From: Schmidtea nova | Lineage: Eukaryota | Assembly (NCBI GenBank): GCA_044892505.1 | Contig: CM097882.1 | Span: 104,284,001 to 104,348,000, forward strand | DNA: 64,000 bases | Direction: 5' to 3' | Shown: positions 1 through 12,196 of the stretch, piece by piece | Position numbering within the stretch: position 1 is the first letter of the stretch | How the letters are laid out: the number at the start of each line of letters is the position of its first letter | Notes under the pieces: model-generated | Told to the model about the DNA's origin: nothing | The model's database searches: none | The model's input: the letters and a program-made list of their open reading frames with translations, nothing else | Program-made: the position numbers and the translations under genes

Positions 1-900
1 GACTCATCGCGATGACTCAACGATGACTCATTTCAAATTTGAACTTTATGACGTCATCGATGACTCATTTCAAATTTGAATTTTAAATTTGAATTTCCAA
101 AGGTTAAATAAGGTCAAACCTTCAAACAAGAAATATCATTCGAAAGGTCTTTGAGAGGTGCACACAATGGTCATACCCTCGAAGGTTTATGGAGGGTCTT
201 CAACCTTCGAAGGGTCAAAAACCTTCAAATTTTTTCAAACTTTATAATATATATATATATTGATCGAAAGGTATTTGAAGGGTGAGTATGATGGTCATAC
301 CTTCGAAGGTCTTTGGTGGGTGCTCAACCTTCAAATAGTGCAGCACCTTCAACCTTTTTTAAACCTTGTGTGTAATATATCAAACAAAAAGTAATTGAGA
401 TGTGCACACAATCGTCATACCTTCGAAGGTCTATGGTGGATGCTCAACACTCAAAGGGTGCATAACCTTCAAACTTTTTCAAATCTTATAATATATATAT
501 ATTATTCGAAAGGTATTTGAAGGGTGAGTATGATGGTCATACCTTCGAAGGTCTATGGTGGGTGCTCAACCTTCAAAAGGTGCAAAACATTCAACCTTTT
601 TTAAACCTTGTGTGTAATATATCAAACAAAAGGTAATTGAAATGTGCACACAATCGTCATACCTTCGAAGGTTTATGGTGGGTTATCAACCTTCAAAGGG
701 TCAAAAACCTTCAAAGATTTTTAAACATTACAAGTTATATATCATTCGAAAGGTATTTGAGAGTTGAGTAATATGGTCAACCCTCGAAGGGTCCAAGGTT
801 CAAAATTTTAAAAACTATGTAATATGTATATCAAACAAAAGGTAATTGTTGGATGAGTTCAAAGGTCATACCCTTGAAGGTATAATGGTCAAGGTTCAAA
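1..900. repeat. TGACTCA cluster (1-70) followed by a ~120-bp-period array built around the palindrome ACCTTCGAAGGT
   Basis: The palindrome or one-off variants recur near 176, 299, 419, 540, 660 and 780. Downstream 950-1085 resembles 11020-11170 (gtgtgtgt...ttcctaccc...aacaaagacattgcaat), so this is likely the same element family as 8832-11500. Confidence 0.75.
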
Positions 901-1283
901 TTTTTAAAACTATATAATATGTATATCAAACAAAAGGTAATTGTCAGATGAGTATGGTGTGTGTGTTTGGAATTTTTTTTTCAACGACTATTTTAAAAAT
1001 TTCCTACCCAAATTTAAACAAGGACATTGCAATGCCGATAGACCTTAACAAAGACATTGCAATGTCAATGCAACGAAACAAAGACTAATGAAATATAACT
1101 TTTAATAAAATTTCTGTTCATGGCTATCTAGCGTGTGTGTGTGTTGTAACANNNNNNNNNNNNNNNNNNNNNNNNNNNNNNNNNNNNNNNNNNNNNNNNN
1201 NNNNNNNNNNNNNNNNNNNNNNNNNNNNNNNNNNNNNNNNNNNNNNNNNNNNNNNNNNNNNNNNNNNNNNNNNNNNNNNNNNN

Positions 1284-1481
1284 AATATGACCTTGACGTT
1301 ACTATGGCTCTCATCAACAACTCAACACATAAAACATTTAAACTACCATCTTGTTACCCGTCACTATGTAACGTTGGTACTGTAACAAGTGGGTGGGTAT
1401 TCGCAATCAGTGAGCGTCGTCAATACGAAACTATGATTGACCGAATATCTCCTGGGTCCAAGGGCTACCGATAGAAGGTTT
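1284..1481 (-). repeat. Copy A of a conserved ~200-250-nt dispersed element with hairpin structure
   Basis: The reverse complement aligns with 18846-19060 and 19167-19385 (aaaccttctatcggtagcccttggacccagg...caaggtcata). Confidence 0.85.
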
Positions 1482-1711
1482 CTCGCCCCTTTTTGTCGCT
1501 CCTATGCATTATTTACTTCAGAAAACTTCATTTTTATTTACTATTGAACCTCAGTTGCTTTTACTCAATTTATTCTATACGTTGCTTTATTTTATTCAAT
1601 CATTTAATCCAAAAAAAAATAAAAACAAGAGAACACTTTAATAAACAAAAAAAAACAACACAAACTACAAAAACAAATAAATACACGATAGGATATTAGT
1701 TATCTATCAAA

Positions 1712-2266
1712 TCATAAAGTAGTAATGTCTATTATATCTATAACTTCTTTGCGGACTCGTCGCAGCTGTCTCGCTTCCTGCCGACGTCTTCGGCGAGCTC
1801 TCACCCCTTTATTGGGCTTCTGCCTGGCTGTTTTGGCGGGAGCAGGAGGTGCCAATATCTGTTCCTCAACCCTCATTGGGAACAACTCTTGGGCCAGACA
1901 GGGTGGTTTTGGCTGGACGGCGGCAATGATACCACTGTCCAATCTTAGCCGTTCATTTTGTGTCTCCAAATCCCTGATGGTGACTCGGCACGCCCGCAAT
2001 TTCATTGCGTCGTCCGCAGCCTGCTGTAACAACATCTGGATTTGCTTGTGGAGTTTGTCGACGGTCTCTTTGTTTGACCATGTCGACTCCATCTCCCGGC
2101 ATCGCGCTCTGAACTTCTCCATCCGAGACGTCATAATCTGTAAGGCGTCCGTATTTGAAGTTTTCGCCCTCTCCATCTCGGCGAAACACTGGTCCACCCG
2201 GCGATTATGGCGGGCATTTTCTACGATCAGCTTGTGTATTTCTTCAAATTTCTGTTCAATATCCAT
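1712..2266 (-). CDS. Hypothetical coiled-coil protein with Arg-rich basic C-terminus (184 aa; possibly the last exon of a spliced gene)
   Basis: GC-rich open frame in AT-rich surroundings; splice-acceptor-like tttttag directly before the ATG; heptad-like E/K/Q/L region, then KPNKGVRARRRRRQEARQLRRVRK. Confidence 0.55.
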   Translation of the reverse strand: MDIEQKFEEIHKLIVENARHNRRVDQCFAEMERAKTSNTDALQIMTSRMEKFRARCREMESTWSNKETVDKLHKQIQMLLQQAADDAMKLRACRVTIRDLETQNERLRLDSGIIAAVQPKPPCLAQELFPMRVEEQILAPPAPAKTARQKPNKGVRARRRRRQEARQLRRVRKEVIDIIDITTL

Positions 2267-5200
2267 CTAAAAATCATACAATAATGACCCATTCCTAAAG
2301 TCACTCGACATTCAAATTTAAATATTCATTTCAAATTAATAAAATAAAATCATTTTGATCTAAGAACAATTATCAATTTTTTACAATCAACACAAAATTA
2401 TTCCCATTCATACGTTCACTAATGTTTATAATGTTTGCCCTCAAATATACCATCGCCAACTCAGTTCGGTGATCGAAGAATCTTTAATCTATCACCGAAT
2501 TGCGGGGTAATAAATTTTATTTATTTAGACCAAGCTATTATTATTTTCGGAATAATTTTGATTTTTATATTTTTGTGTTGATAAATTTAACTAAAACTTC
2601 GCTTATCTCTTATACCTAGTGTCTAACTTGCCATTCTCAATGAAATCTTACAAATTGTATTTTAAAATTTTAACAAACTTATATTTAAATTTTCACCGAG
2701 GCATTGGCCATGGCAACAGTATAGATTTTCTATTATTACTAAATTAATTTAGTTTTTCTAGATCTACCTCAGATTTGGAAATTGAGATGCCTTCAAATTG
2801 GGAATTAAATTTTAAATTAAAAAGTTTGGTTTTTATCGCCCTTTAGTCGATAACCGGAGCGTTCCCCCAAAGAAAAGAAATTCTACATAAGCGTGAAAGC
2901 TAAAGCTACTATTTCTGATTGGCCAATTTATAGTAAGTGAATTTCGAAGTCTATAATGAATTCATCGATTGATTTATTTAGTTCTACAGGGAGATTTGGA
3001 CATTTGAAATTTCAGCGAGGGCGATTTTTCCTCTTAAAAGGTAATTTGCAAATCTATTTCATCGTTAGTTAATTAATTAACCATTTTTAGATATGATTTG
3101 TCAGGATGATTGAAGCAAAATTGACATTCGTTGAATGTGGAATTAATTTTATCTCCGGTTAAAAGAAAATTTCGCCTACCAATGGCATGAAATTACATGC
3201 TCCGTTCGAATGGCCAAAAATATGCGGATATTTATTGCCGTTTTGTGCCGCAATGCTCCGGTGGAATTACCCTACGATCGGTATATTTTCAGAAGATACA
3301 TTTTATTTCTCAGTTAAATTTTATCAATAAAAATCGGGTTCTCAATATCTTAATTTTTCATTGGTATCAAATTTTTGTTAAATTTTATTAATAAATTCAA
3401 GTTCACAATTTTTCAATTTCCCATTGGGAATGTTTCAAATTTTATGGCTACCTTTTTTTTTATATTCATTTAGTGTAATTATCTTGACATTAATTTGGTA
3501 GGTATTTCATCCTACGCCAACATACTATTTGAAGTTTTATATAGTTTTAGATCTAAAAATTTTTTACACTTTGATCTGATTTGAGGTTTGTTATCGTAAA
3601 TCCTGGAGATTACATTATCCTACTGGGTAAAATTTATCGTACACTGTAACCACTATATAATGAATATATTTGATAGGAACTTTTAAAATTACCGGTGAAG
3701 GGAGCATGTGTGATTTGGTACAAAGAAAAATCATTGGGGATTCGGGATTTTTAGCCGTTAGTTCAGATGAGCTTTGTGAATAACGGGATCGCGAATTCTT
3801 AGGATACTTCTTGCGTGGATATGTTGTACGTTGTGGTTTATAGCATGTTTGAAATGAATGCCCTATTGTCATGATTTTATGTGGTTGTGTGTGTTTGTAT
3901 GTTGAGAATGGTGCCGCTGTAATAGACGATAAACAATGAATGTGATTGTATGAATATTTGTGGGAATTGTCTGGATGTACGATGCTAGGGAATATTGTGA
4001 GCTGAAATTATGTCGTGTATGTTGGTGAGTGTATGCATTGTTTATGGGATGATTTAATATAGAAAATCCTATTGATCGAAATGTGGTAGTGTGTATACGT
4101 TGGTGACTGAAGATCTTTTGTATGGGATTAAGTATGGGGATTGCTATTGAATGTAATGGGTGTAAGTTTTTGCAAATAGGAATACAATGTGATTTCGAGA
4201 TATCGTGGGAGTTTTCGATAAAAATAATATTTCATATACGTAAAATATTTTCCGAATTAAAATAATACTAATAATTTTATAATGATTTTTATAACTTTTT
4301 CAAATTTATATTTTATGAAAATAGTAAGATTCATAAATTTTTATACTTTATATTTTGAATTCAAATTTTTATATTTTAATATTAATCGAAAAATTTTCTG
4401 TGAAATCTCGAATTTGGAATTTTATAAGATGATAAAATAATAATATTTTCGATCTAAAAATTTCTGGGTTTCATTATAAGTTCTTAGGGATTTTATAAAT
4501 TAACAAAATCTTTTATATCGACAATATTAAAAAAAAATTTTTTGGTTTAAAAATTCTTTATCATAAAATTTTTCAATGTAGCAAAAAGTAAATTTTATCT
4601 TTTTAATCAAAAACGAAATCCACATAATAATAAAATTTTTATCGATAAATTCGGAAATCCAAATAAATATTCAATCTAAAAAATTTTTATATAAAATAAA
4701 AATAAAATGAGTTATAAATTTTTCAACGAATATTTTTGACATCAAGTAAAGTAAATTTCGGTTTCGTCCGAGCATGAATTTCCCAACCAAAGTGCGCGCG
4801 AATTTTTCGGGACACTTCACTTAGGAACTTCAGGCTCCCGAAAACAAGGTTTACTAGACAAAATTGTTTAGATAATAAATGGGGTTTAATTCGGATCATC
4901 AATACTTGTCCTAATAATTCATTTCATTTCGAAATCATTATATCAGTTTCGAGCATTATTTCATGTGATTCTTTTTCCAACATTAGCTTCCATTGACTTG
5001 CGCTCTCGGATAAGATGATAGTTGTTGCGAGAGTGAAGGCGACGACGAGTAAACTGTCCTTGTACAATTAATTTTCCTAATGGAAAAGATGTTGCTGGAG
5101 AGATTCGTTTTCACGTTTTCATGTAGTATTAATTTTCAATATATTAAAAATTATAAATTCGGATAAGCTACATTTATTATAAATAAATATCATTAGTATA

Positions 5201-6303
5201 ACACCTTGCCTTGGGCCAAGCCACTGTTCCCCAGTTGGGATGAAGTGATCATGGATGGTTAGGCTATTCACCTGAACTCGGAAAAATGGACTGATCGATT
5301 TACGTATCGAACCAGCGATCCGCTCAGGCTACTTCCACACGATCGGCACAAGGCCAGACACAGGCTTCAGGGGGTATGGAAAAAAAAATTTTTATTTAGT
5401 TACTTTTATCATTTTTTAAGATAATATCGTGAATTTAACTCTCTGAGATTTTGTGACAAACAAAAATAAAAAAAATTTATAAGTAAATATTTTAATATTC
5501 ATTCGATAAAAATAGCATAACAATAATAATATAAAATTATAAAAATATTACCGGTACGGGGTAATCGAACAGGCATGGTGTTCAATGACCCCGCGCCAAC
5601 AAAAGAATAAGACTTACGAATAAATTAAAATTTATAAGTTTTCTTTCATAAAATTCTCACAAAATTCTGTTAAATTCCATTTTGATGGCGGTATATATTT
5701 GATTTTGCGTTACCTTCAGTAGTGTAATAAAACAAATTGTTCTAGAATTTTCCATTTAATTTTTCTAAATTAATTCTAATGATTTTCCAAAAATTAAATC
5801 CATATTTTTGTGTAATAATTTTTTACAAAACACAAATAATTTATTTTAATTCCAAATTTTTGTTTTTGAATCGAAATTTGTTCGATTTGATTTAATTTAC
5901 GATATTTCGATCAATATTAGTTCTTTTTATTGTTAATGTGAATTATTTTGATAAAATCACAATTTTCGGCTAAAATTCTGTTAATTTTTTCTGCATGAAG
6001 GTTTTATAACACCATTCCGTTTTTTATGGGTATTTTCAATGGGTTTTCCGCCTTATTCTAACTTCTAAAAGTTCTTCTTTTGATGGCATTTGATTTTTTC
6101 TCTAGGTTTCAATGTAAGGGCTTTCAGACTCACAGCTAGCGCGTTCTCTACTGGTTGATGTGTTGTGAGTTCACTTCACCTTTTGTTGTTTTTCACTTAA
6201 TCGTTTCGATTTTTAAGGGATATTTGGGTTAAAACTGAATCCTGCGCGTTCTCTACCCATGGGGTTATCGCTTTATTAAAACAATTTTTGGTTTTTGCCC
6301 AAC

Positions 6304-6355
<52 letters not shown>

Positions 6356-6412
6356 TTAATATTAATAATAATAACTTAGAAAAAATATTATAATAATATT
6401 AATAATAACTTA

Positions 6413-6472
<60 letters not shown>
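6304..6472. repeat. (AAT)n and (AT)n microsatellites
   Basis: Directly visible: AAT run at about 6304-6370 and AT run at about 6415-6472. Confidence 0.95.
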
Positions 6473-6474
<2 letters not shown>

Positions 6475-7375
6475 CTAACAAAAATATAATAACTTAAAAT
6501 ACATATATCCAAAACTCATTAAAAAGACGGTAATAGTTTATTGATTTATTAATATTGAGAAACAGTAATCAAATTGTTGAATTTAAGTTGGAAGAGAAAA
6601 ATTGGGAACTTGAACAGAATAGAAGTTAAGGGTCGACGTGAAATACGAAAGAAATTTGTTAATTTAATCAGTTGCAGAAAAAAGAATTTGTGTTGCAAAG
6701 GACAAAGGAAGCTAAGCAGACGAGAATTTAAAGCTAAAGAATATTGAGAAAAAATCAAGTCAAAGCGCGGAAACAATCGAAATCAATTACCAATATTTAA
6801 TCAAAATCAGTGGTTAGTAGTTGTTGTTTTCTAGACATTATACATGTGAGCAATTTTTCACGTGAGATATACTTCACTTGTATAATTGTCAAAGGATATA
6901 TTGAATATATTGTGATAACTTGAATCGTGTAAATCAGTGTAATAATCAATAAAGTTTGTGGTATTGAAAGTGTTATTGGGGTCAATTAAAGGCACGCTTT
7001 GGAGTCAGATATTTGATTGGTAACATTTACCATTTCACCAACAACCCCAGAACCCAACAATATTATTATTCAATAAGAGACGGATATAATAATAATTTAA
7101 AACGAAATTTCCATATCCTGGTAATTGAAATCATATTATTCAATTATTTGCAATTTTAGTGTTTTTCTCTTTCATTTTTATTGACTACATTTTCCTGACA
7201 GTAAGAGCTCATTAACTGAATAATTTAAAGTATCCATTGATTAGATATTATTATAAGTGCTATTTTAAATCCTTACTGTAGGATGAAATTGATAAATTAA
7301 TTATATATTATAAAAATCAGTATGAGTGTTACAGTATGTATATGTTGTGTATGAATGTTGAAATTGCTCAAAGTA

Positions 7376-7380
<5 letters not shown>

Positions 7381-7451
<71 letters not shown>
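7381..7451. repeat. (AT)n microsatellite
   Basis: Directly visible. Confidence 0.95.
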
Positions 7452-7455
<4 letters not shown>

Positions 7456-7569
7456 TCCGAGATAATTAAAAAGGAAAAATATTTGTTTTAATAATATATA
7501 TTTAATTGAACGAAAGCGTGTTTTTAATTTATGTATAAGATAATTAATAATCAAATTAATATGGTGACC

Positions 7570-8211
7570 ACGCCAGGATAAAGGATAAAGGAAAAATGTT
7601 TGAATCTAACGTAATAAAAACACTTACAGGAACACATAAAATGGAGATAAAATATAGTAGCCCATATCATCATTCGGCAAACGGCGTGATTGAAAGACAA
7701 TTTAGAACTATTAGAGATGCTATTCAAATATCAATAAAAGATAAAATGCATAACAGTAATTGGGCCGATATATTACCAGAAGTAGAGTTAATGTTAAATT
7801 CAACAATTCAAAGCACAATTGGATTCAGCCCAGCAGAAGTAGTTTATGGAAAGAAAATTTACAGAGAATGGCCTTCGACAGTTTTGGCGAAATGGAAGTG
7901 AGTGCTTATATGAAAGAACAAAACAAAAGAAGAGAGATTCTAGATTCAAAATTATGCTTAAATGAAGACAAATTAATATATAACAACTCGACAAGAATAA
8001 ACCGTGAGTTCTCGATTGGGGATCTAGTTTTAGTTAAAAAGGACGTAAGAACGACGATAGGTTTGATGGTCCATGTGAAGTAATAGAAAAAAACCATGAT
8101 AAGAGATATAAAATAAAAATGCCAAATGATAAAATCTTGATTAGAAATATCGAATGGCTTAAGCGATACCATATAAGCAAATAATTGAAAATAAAAGGGA
8201 GGGGGTGTGAG
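7570..8211 (+). pseudogene. Gypsy/Ty3 LTR-retrotransposon integrase 3' fragment with GPY/F module, polypurine tract and first bases of the 3' LTR
   Basis: DKGKMF...SSPYHHSANGVIERQFRTIRD (D and E of DDE), WADILPEVELMLNST, FSPAEVVYG; frameshifted FDGPCEVIEKNHDKRYKIK; then PPT aaaataaaagggaggggg followed by TG at ~8206. Confidence 0.85.
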
Positions 8212-8831
8212 AGTAGGTAGTTAATGGCCCTTTGGCGCACTTCAAATTCTACCCACCCCCACCCCCCTAAAAAAATTCTCAGAGTTTACAGGCCACTATG
8301 TTATTCTGGCTATTTTTGTATTGGAAATTTATTGTCTGTCTTTTGTACAGGTGCGTTAGCGGGCCATTATGTTTTTGGGTCGATCTTTTGTATTTGAAAA
8401 TTTTTTTCGGTCTTTTGTACAGGGATTTTGAGCTCTGAGATTTTTCTCGGGCAAAAAGGGACTCTGGTATTTTTGTACATGGAATTTTAGTCTGGATTTT
8501 TTTTTGTACAGGGATTTTGGGCTCCGAGATTTTTTTCGGGCAAAAAGGGACTCTGGTATTTTGTACATGGAATTTTGGTCGGGGTTTTTTGTACAGCATT
8601 TTCTACTCCCAGATTTTTTCTAGGGCACAAAAGGGACTCTGGTATTGTTGAATTAAATTATAAATTTTAATGGTAAATAAAAACACGTGTAAATTTTTAA
8701 AACAAGTAAAATACATTGAAATTATTTTGAATAGGATTTTCAATTCCCAAAATTTCTCGGGCAAAAAGAGACTCTAGTAATTTTTATACAGAAATTTTCA
8801 AGAGATTTTTTATGGTAAATAAAAACACGTG
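8212..8831 (+). mobile_element. Polinton-type left terminus (AGTAGGTAG) with subterminal repeats (tttttctcgggcaaaaagggactctggta family)
   Basis: Begins AGTAG like the complete Polinton at 47105 and interrupts the Gypsy LTR. The same repeat family occurs at 43640-44295 and, inverted, at 44790-45050. Confidence 0.55.
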
Positions 8832-9250
8832 AGTAGGTAGGTGTGTGGAGCCGGGAACAAAGACATTATGACTCATTGCGTGGGCGGGAAAAAAGAATAA
8901 AGACCCCTCCCCCTCCCGGGGGGTAGAATTTTTTTTGATGACTCATAGATGACTCATACTTTTTTTTTCAAATTTTTTTTTCGCGCCAAAAATTTTTTCA
9001 AATTTTTTGTTTGCGCCAAAAAATTTTTTTTCAAATTTTTTTTTAACACAAATTTTTTTAACAAATTTTTTTAACACAAATTTTTTTAACACAATTTTTT
9101 TTAAAACAAATTTTTTAATGACTCATCCTTATGACTCATCCTTATGACTCATCCTTATGACTCGCCATTATGACTCATCGATGACCAACACCATGACTCA
9201 TCGATAACTCATTTCAATTTTTAAATAAGTCACGTCATCGATAACTCATA
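8832..9250 (+). mobile_element. Second Polinton-type left terminus (AGTAGGTAGG...GGGAACAAAGACATTA) with TGACTCA cluster
   Basis: Interrupts the previous repeat right after aaacacgtg (uninterrupted form at 8680-8695). Resembles the reverse complement of 41880-41919 (AGTAGTGAG...GGGAACAAAGACATTA). About 8 TGACTCA copies, three at 13-bp period. Confidence 0.6.
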
Positions 9251-11500
9251 ACAAAGACATTGCAATCCAAGTGCAACATTAACAAAGACATTGCAATCCA
9301 CGTGCAACGTAAACAAAGACATTTCATTGCCAAATTTGATAACAAAGAATATTCATTGCCAAATTACTTAACAAAGAATATTCTTTGCCAAAAACTAAAC
9401 AAAGACATTTCATTGCCAAAAAAACTAAACAAAGACATTTCAATGCCAAATTTCATAACAAAGACAATTCATTGCCAAAAACTAAACAAAGACATTTCAT
9501 TGCCAAAAACTAAACAAAGACATTTCATTGCCAAAAACTAAACAAAGACATTTCAATGCCAAAAACTAAACAAAGACATTTCATTGCCAAAAAAAACTAA
9601 ACAAAGACATTTCATTGCCAAATTTCATAACAAAGACAATTTATTGCCAAAAACTAAACAAAGACATTTCATTGCCAAATTTCATAACAAAGACATTTCA
9701 ATGCCAAAAAACTAAACAAAGACATTTCATTGCCAAATTTCATAACAAAGACATTTCATTGCAAAATTTCATAACAAAGACATTTCAATGCCAAAAAACT
9801 AAACAAAGACATTTCATTGCCAAATTTCATAACAAAGACATTTCAATGCCAAAAAACTAAACAAAGACATTTCATTGCCAAATTTCATAACAAAGACATT
9901 TCAATGCCAAAAAACTAAAAAAAGACATTTCATTTCCAAATTTCATAACAAAGACATTTCAATGCCAAAAAACTAAACAAAGACGTTTCATTGCCAAAAA
10001 ACTAAACAAAGACATTTCATTGACAAATTTCATAACAAAGACATTTCATTGCCAAATTTCATAACAAAGACATTTCAATGCCAAAAAACTAAACAAAGAC
10101 ATTTCATTGCCAAATTTCATAACAAAGACAATTTATTGCCAAAATAATTAAACAAAGACATTTCATTGCAAAAACACCTAAACAAAGACATATCAATACC
10201 AAAATAACTAAACAGAGACACGAACATTTACTAGCAGAACATTTACTATCAGAACATCTTTTGTGATGGTTTTTATCTGCCAAAGCTTATTACTCGAACA
10301 TTTATTACAATTCAAAGATTATATATGTACTCTTAAACATAGAAATTTTTCATAACAAAGACATATCATTGCCAAAACATCTAAACAAAGACATTTCATT
10401 ACCAAAAACACCTTAACAAAGACATTTCAATGCCAAAAATAACTAAACAAAGACTTTGCAATACATATGCAAGTTAACAAAGACATTGTAATGCNNNNNN
10501 NNNNNNNNNNNNNNNNNNNNNNNNNNNNNNNNNNNNNNNNNNNNNNNNNNNNNNNNNNNNNNNNNNNNNNNNNNNNNNNNNNNNNNNNNNNNNNNNNNNN
10601 NNNNNNNNNNNNNNNNNNNNNNNNNNNNNNNNNNNNNNNNNNNNNNNNNNNNNNNNNNNNNNNNNNNNNNNNNNNNNNNNNNNNNNNNNNNNNNNNNNNN
10701 NNNNNNNNNNNNNNNNNNNNNNNNNNNNNNNNNNNNNNNNNNNNNNNNNNNNNNNNNNNNNNNNNNNNNNNNNNNNNNNAATGCCAAAACAATACATATG
10801 CAAGTTAACAAAGACATTGCAATGTGGATCCAAGTTAACAAAGACATTGCAATACATATGCAAGTTAACAAAGACATTGCAATGTGGATACAAGTTAACA
10901 AAGACATATGTGCAAGTTAATAAAAAATATTCAAAAAATATTCAAAAATATTCAAAATTATTCAAGAGTTCAAAATTTTTTAAAACTATATAAATATCAT
11001 GCGAAAGATATTTGAGATGTGTGTGTGTATATTTTCAAACCTTCAAGATGTCAAAATCAAATAATTAAACTACCACAACGTAATATATATTTATTTTCCT
11101 ACCCATTTTGACGTTGCAATTCATGTGCAATATTAACAAAGACATTGCAATACATATGCAAGTTAACAAAGACATTGCAATGTGGATACAAGTTAACAAA
11201 GACATACATGCAAGTTAATAAAAAATATTCAAAAAATATTCAAAAATATTCAAAAATATTCAAGGGTTCAAAATTTTTTAAAACTATATAAATATCATGC
11301 GAAAGATATTTGAGATGTGTGTGTGTATGTTTTCAAACCTTCAAGATGTCAAAATAAAATAATTAAACTACCACAACGTAATATATATTTATTTTCCTAC
11401 CCATTTTGACGCTGCAATTCATGTGCAATATTAACAAAGACATTGCAAAACAGATGCAAGTTAACAAAGACATTGCAGTTGCAAGCCAAGTTAACAAAGA
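9251..11500. repeat. Tandem minisatellite of ~29-31-bp units with core AACAAAGACATT, two alternating subtypes
   Basis: aacaaagacatttcattgccaaaaactaa and ...gccaaatttcat units at 9250-10430; gttaacaaagacattgcaatacatatgcaa and ...gtggatacaa units at 10440-11220; interrupted by an N gap. Confidence 0.9.
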
Positions 11501-11597
11501 TAAGATGTCAAAAAAGACTAATTATTAATCACAAAGTGCATTCTCTTAGCCAATGATAAAAATAAATTAAATGAAAAAACATATATTTTGTATGACA

Positions 11598-12196
11598 TTA
11601 TATGTATATCACATGATATTCATCAATATTAATACCACAAGACTCACACTTATCAATATTTTTTAAACATTTTGAACAAATAATGACATGTCCACAAGGT
11701 AAATATAAAATGCCAACTCTATTTATATTACATATTGAACATGTGAGAAATCTTTGTTTGATTTCTTCCAATTTCTTGGTTACATTTACCTCTAAAATAT
11801 CCACATTCAGCATGAAAGTTCGAATAATAGTACGATTTTTTCCAAGTCGAAATTCCATACATGACCAGAAAATGGTATTCAAATTGAATTCAGTAGAATC
11901 GATATCATTAAGAATCATAAAAAAACTGGATAATTTCATCATGGATTTATCATATCCGAATGATTCTGTTAAACCGATAATTAATTTATTATTGAAGAAT
12001 TTGAATAATTTTGAAAGAATGTCGATATCGCATTTCTCAATCGATGTTAAAAGGTCATCAAGTATTAAAAAGAATTGGATATAATTGTCCAAAGTAATGA
12101 AATTATCTGTAACCTAGTTTAAAATAATTAATTTAAATATATATTTTTAAAACTAACTTTATTTTTTTCTTTATTTGTTACTTTATTCATTTTCAT
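11598..12196 (-). CDS. IAP/MDM2-type C3HC4 RING finger protein, no BIR seen (184 aa; predicted exons 12158-12196 and 11598-12113)
   Basis: CSIC-x11-CGH-x3-CSKC-x6-CESC followed by a C-terminal hydrophobic tail (HVIYI), the spacing typical of IAP RINGs. A 44-nt GT..AG intron (12157-12114) joins an in-frame ATG exon; the ORF-track start at 12092 is a TTG. Confidence 0.75.

Noticed and set aside
1725-2270. 181-aa plus-strand ORF
   Set aside because: It exactly overlaps the minus-strand ORF, which has a splice acceptor and a more protein-like composition; probably a shadow.
8279-9860. ORFs of 70-106 aa on either strand
   Set aside because: They are translations of tandem repeats (KIP.., KTKQRHF..), with no coding evidence.
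9251-11500. CRISPR-like array of ~30-bp repeats
   Set aside because: The units abut with no unique spacers, no cas genes are present, and the context is eukaryotic; this is a minisatellite.
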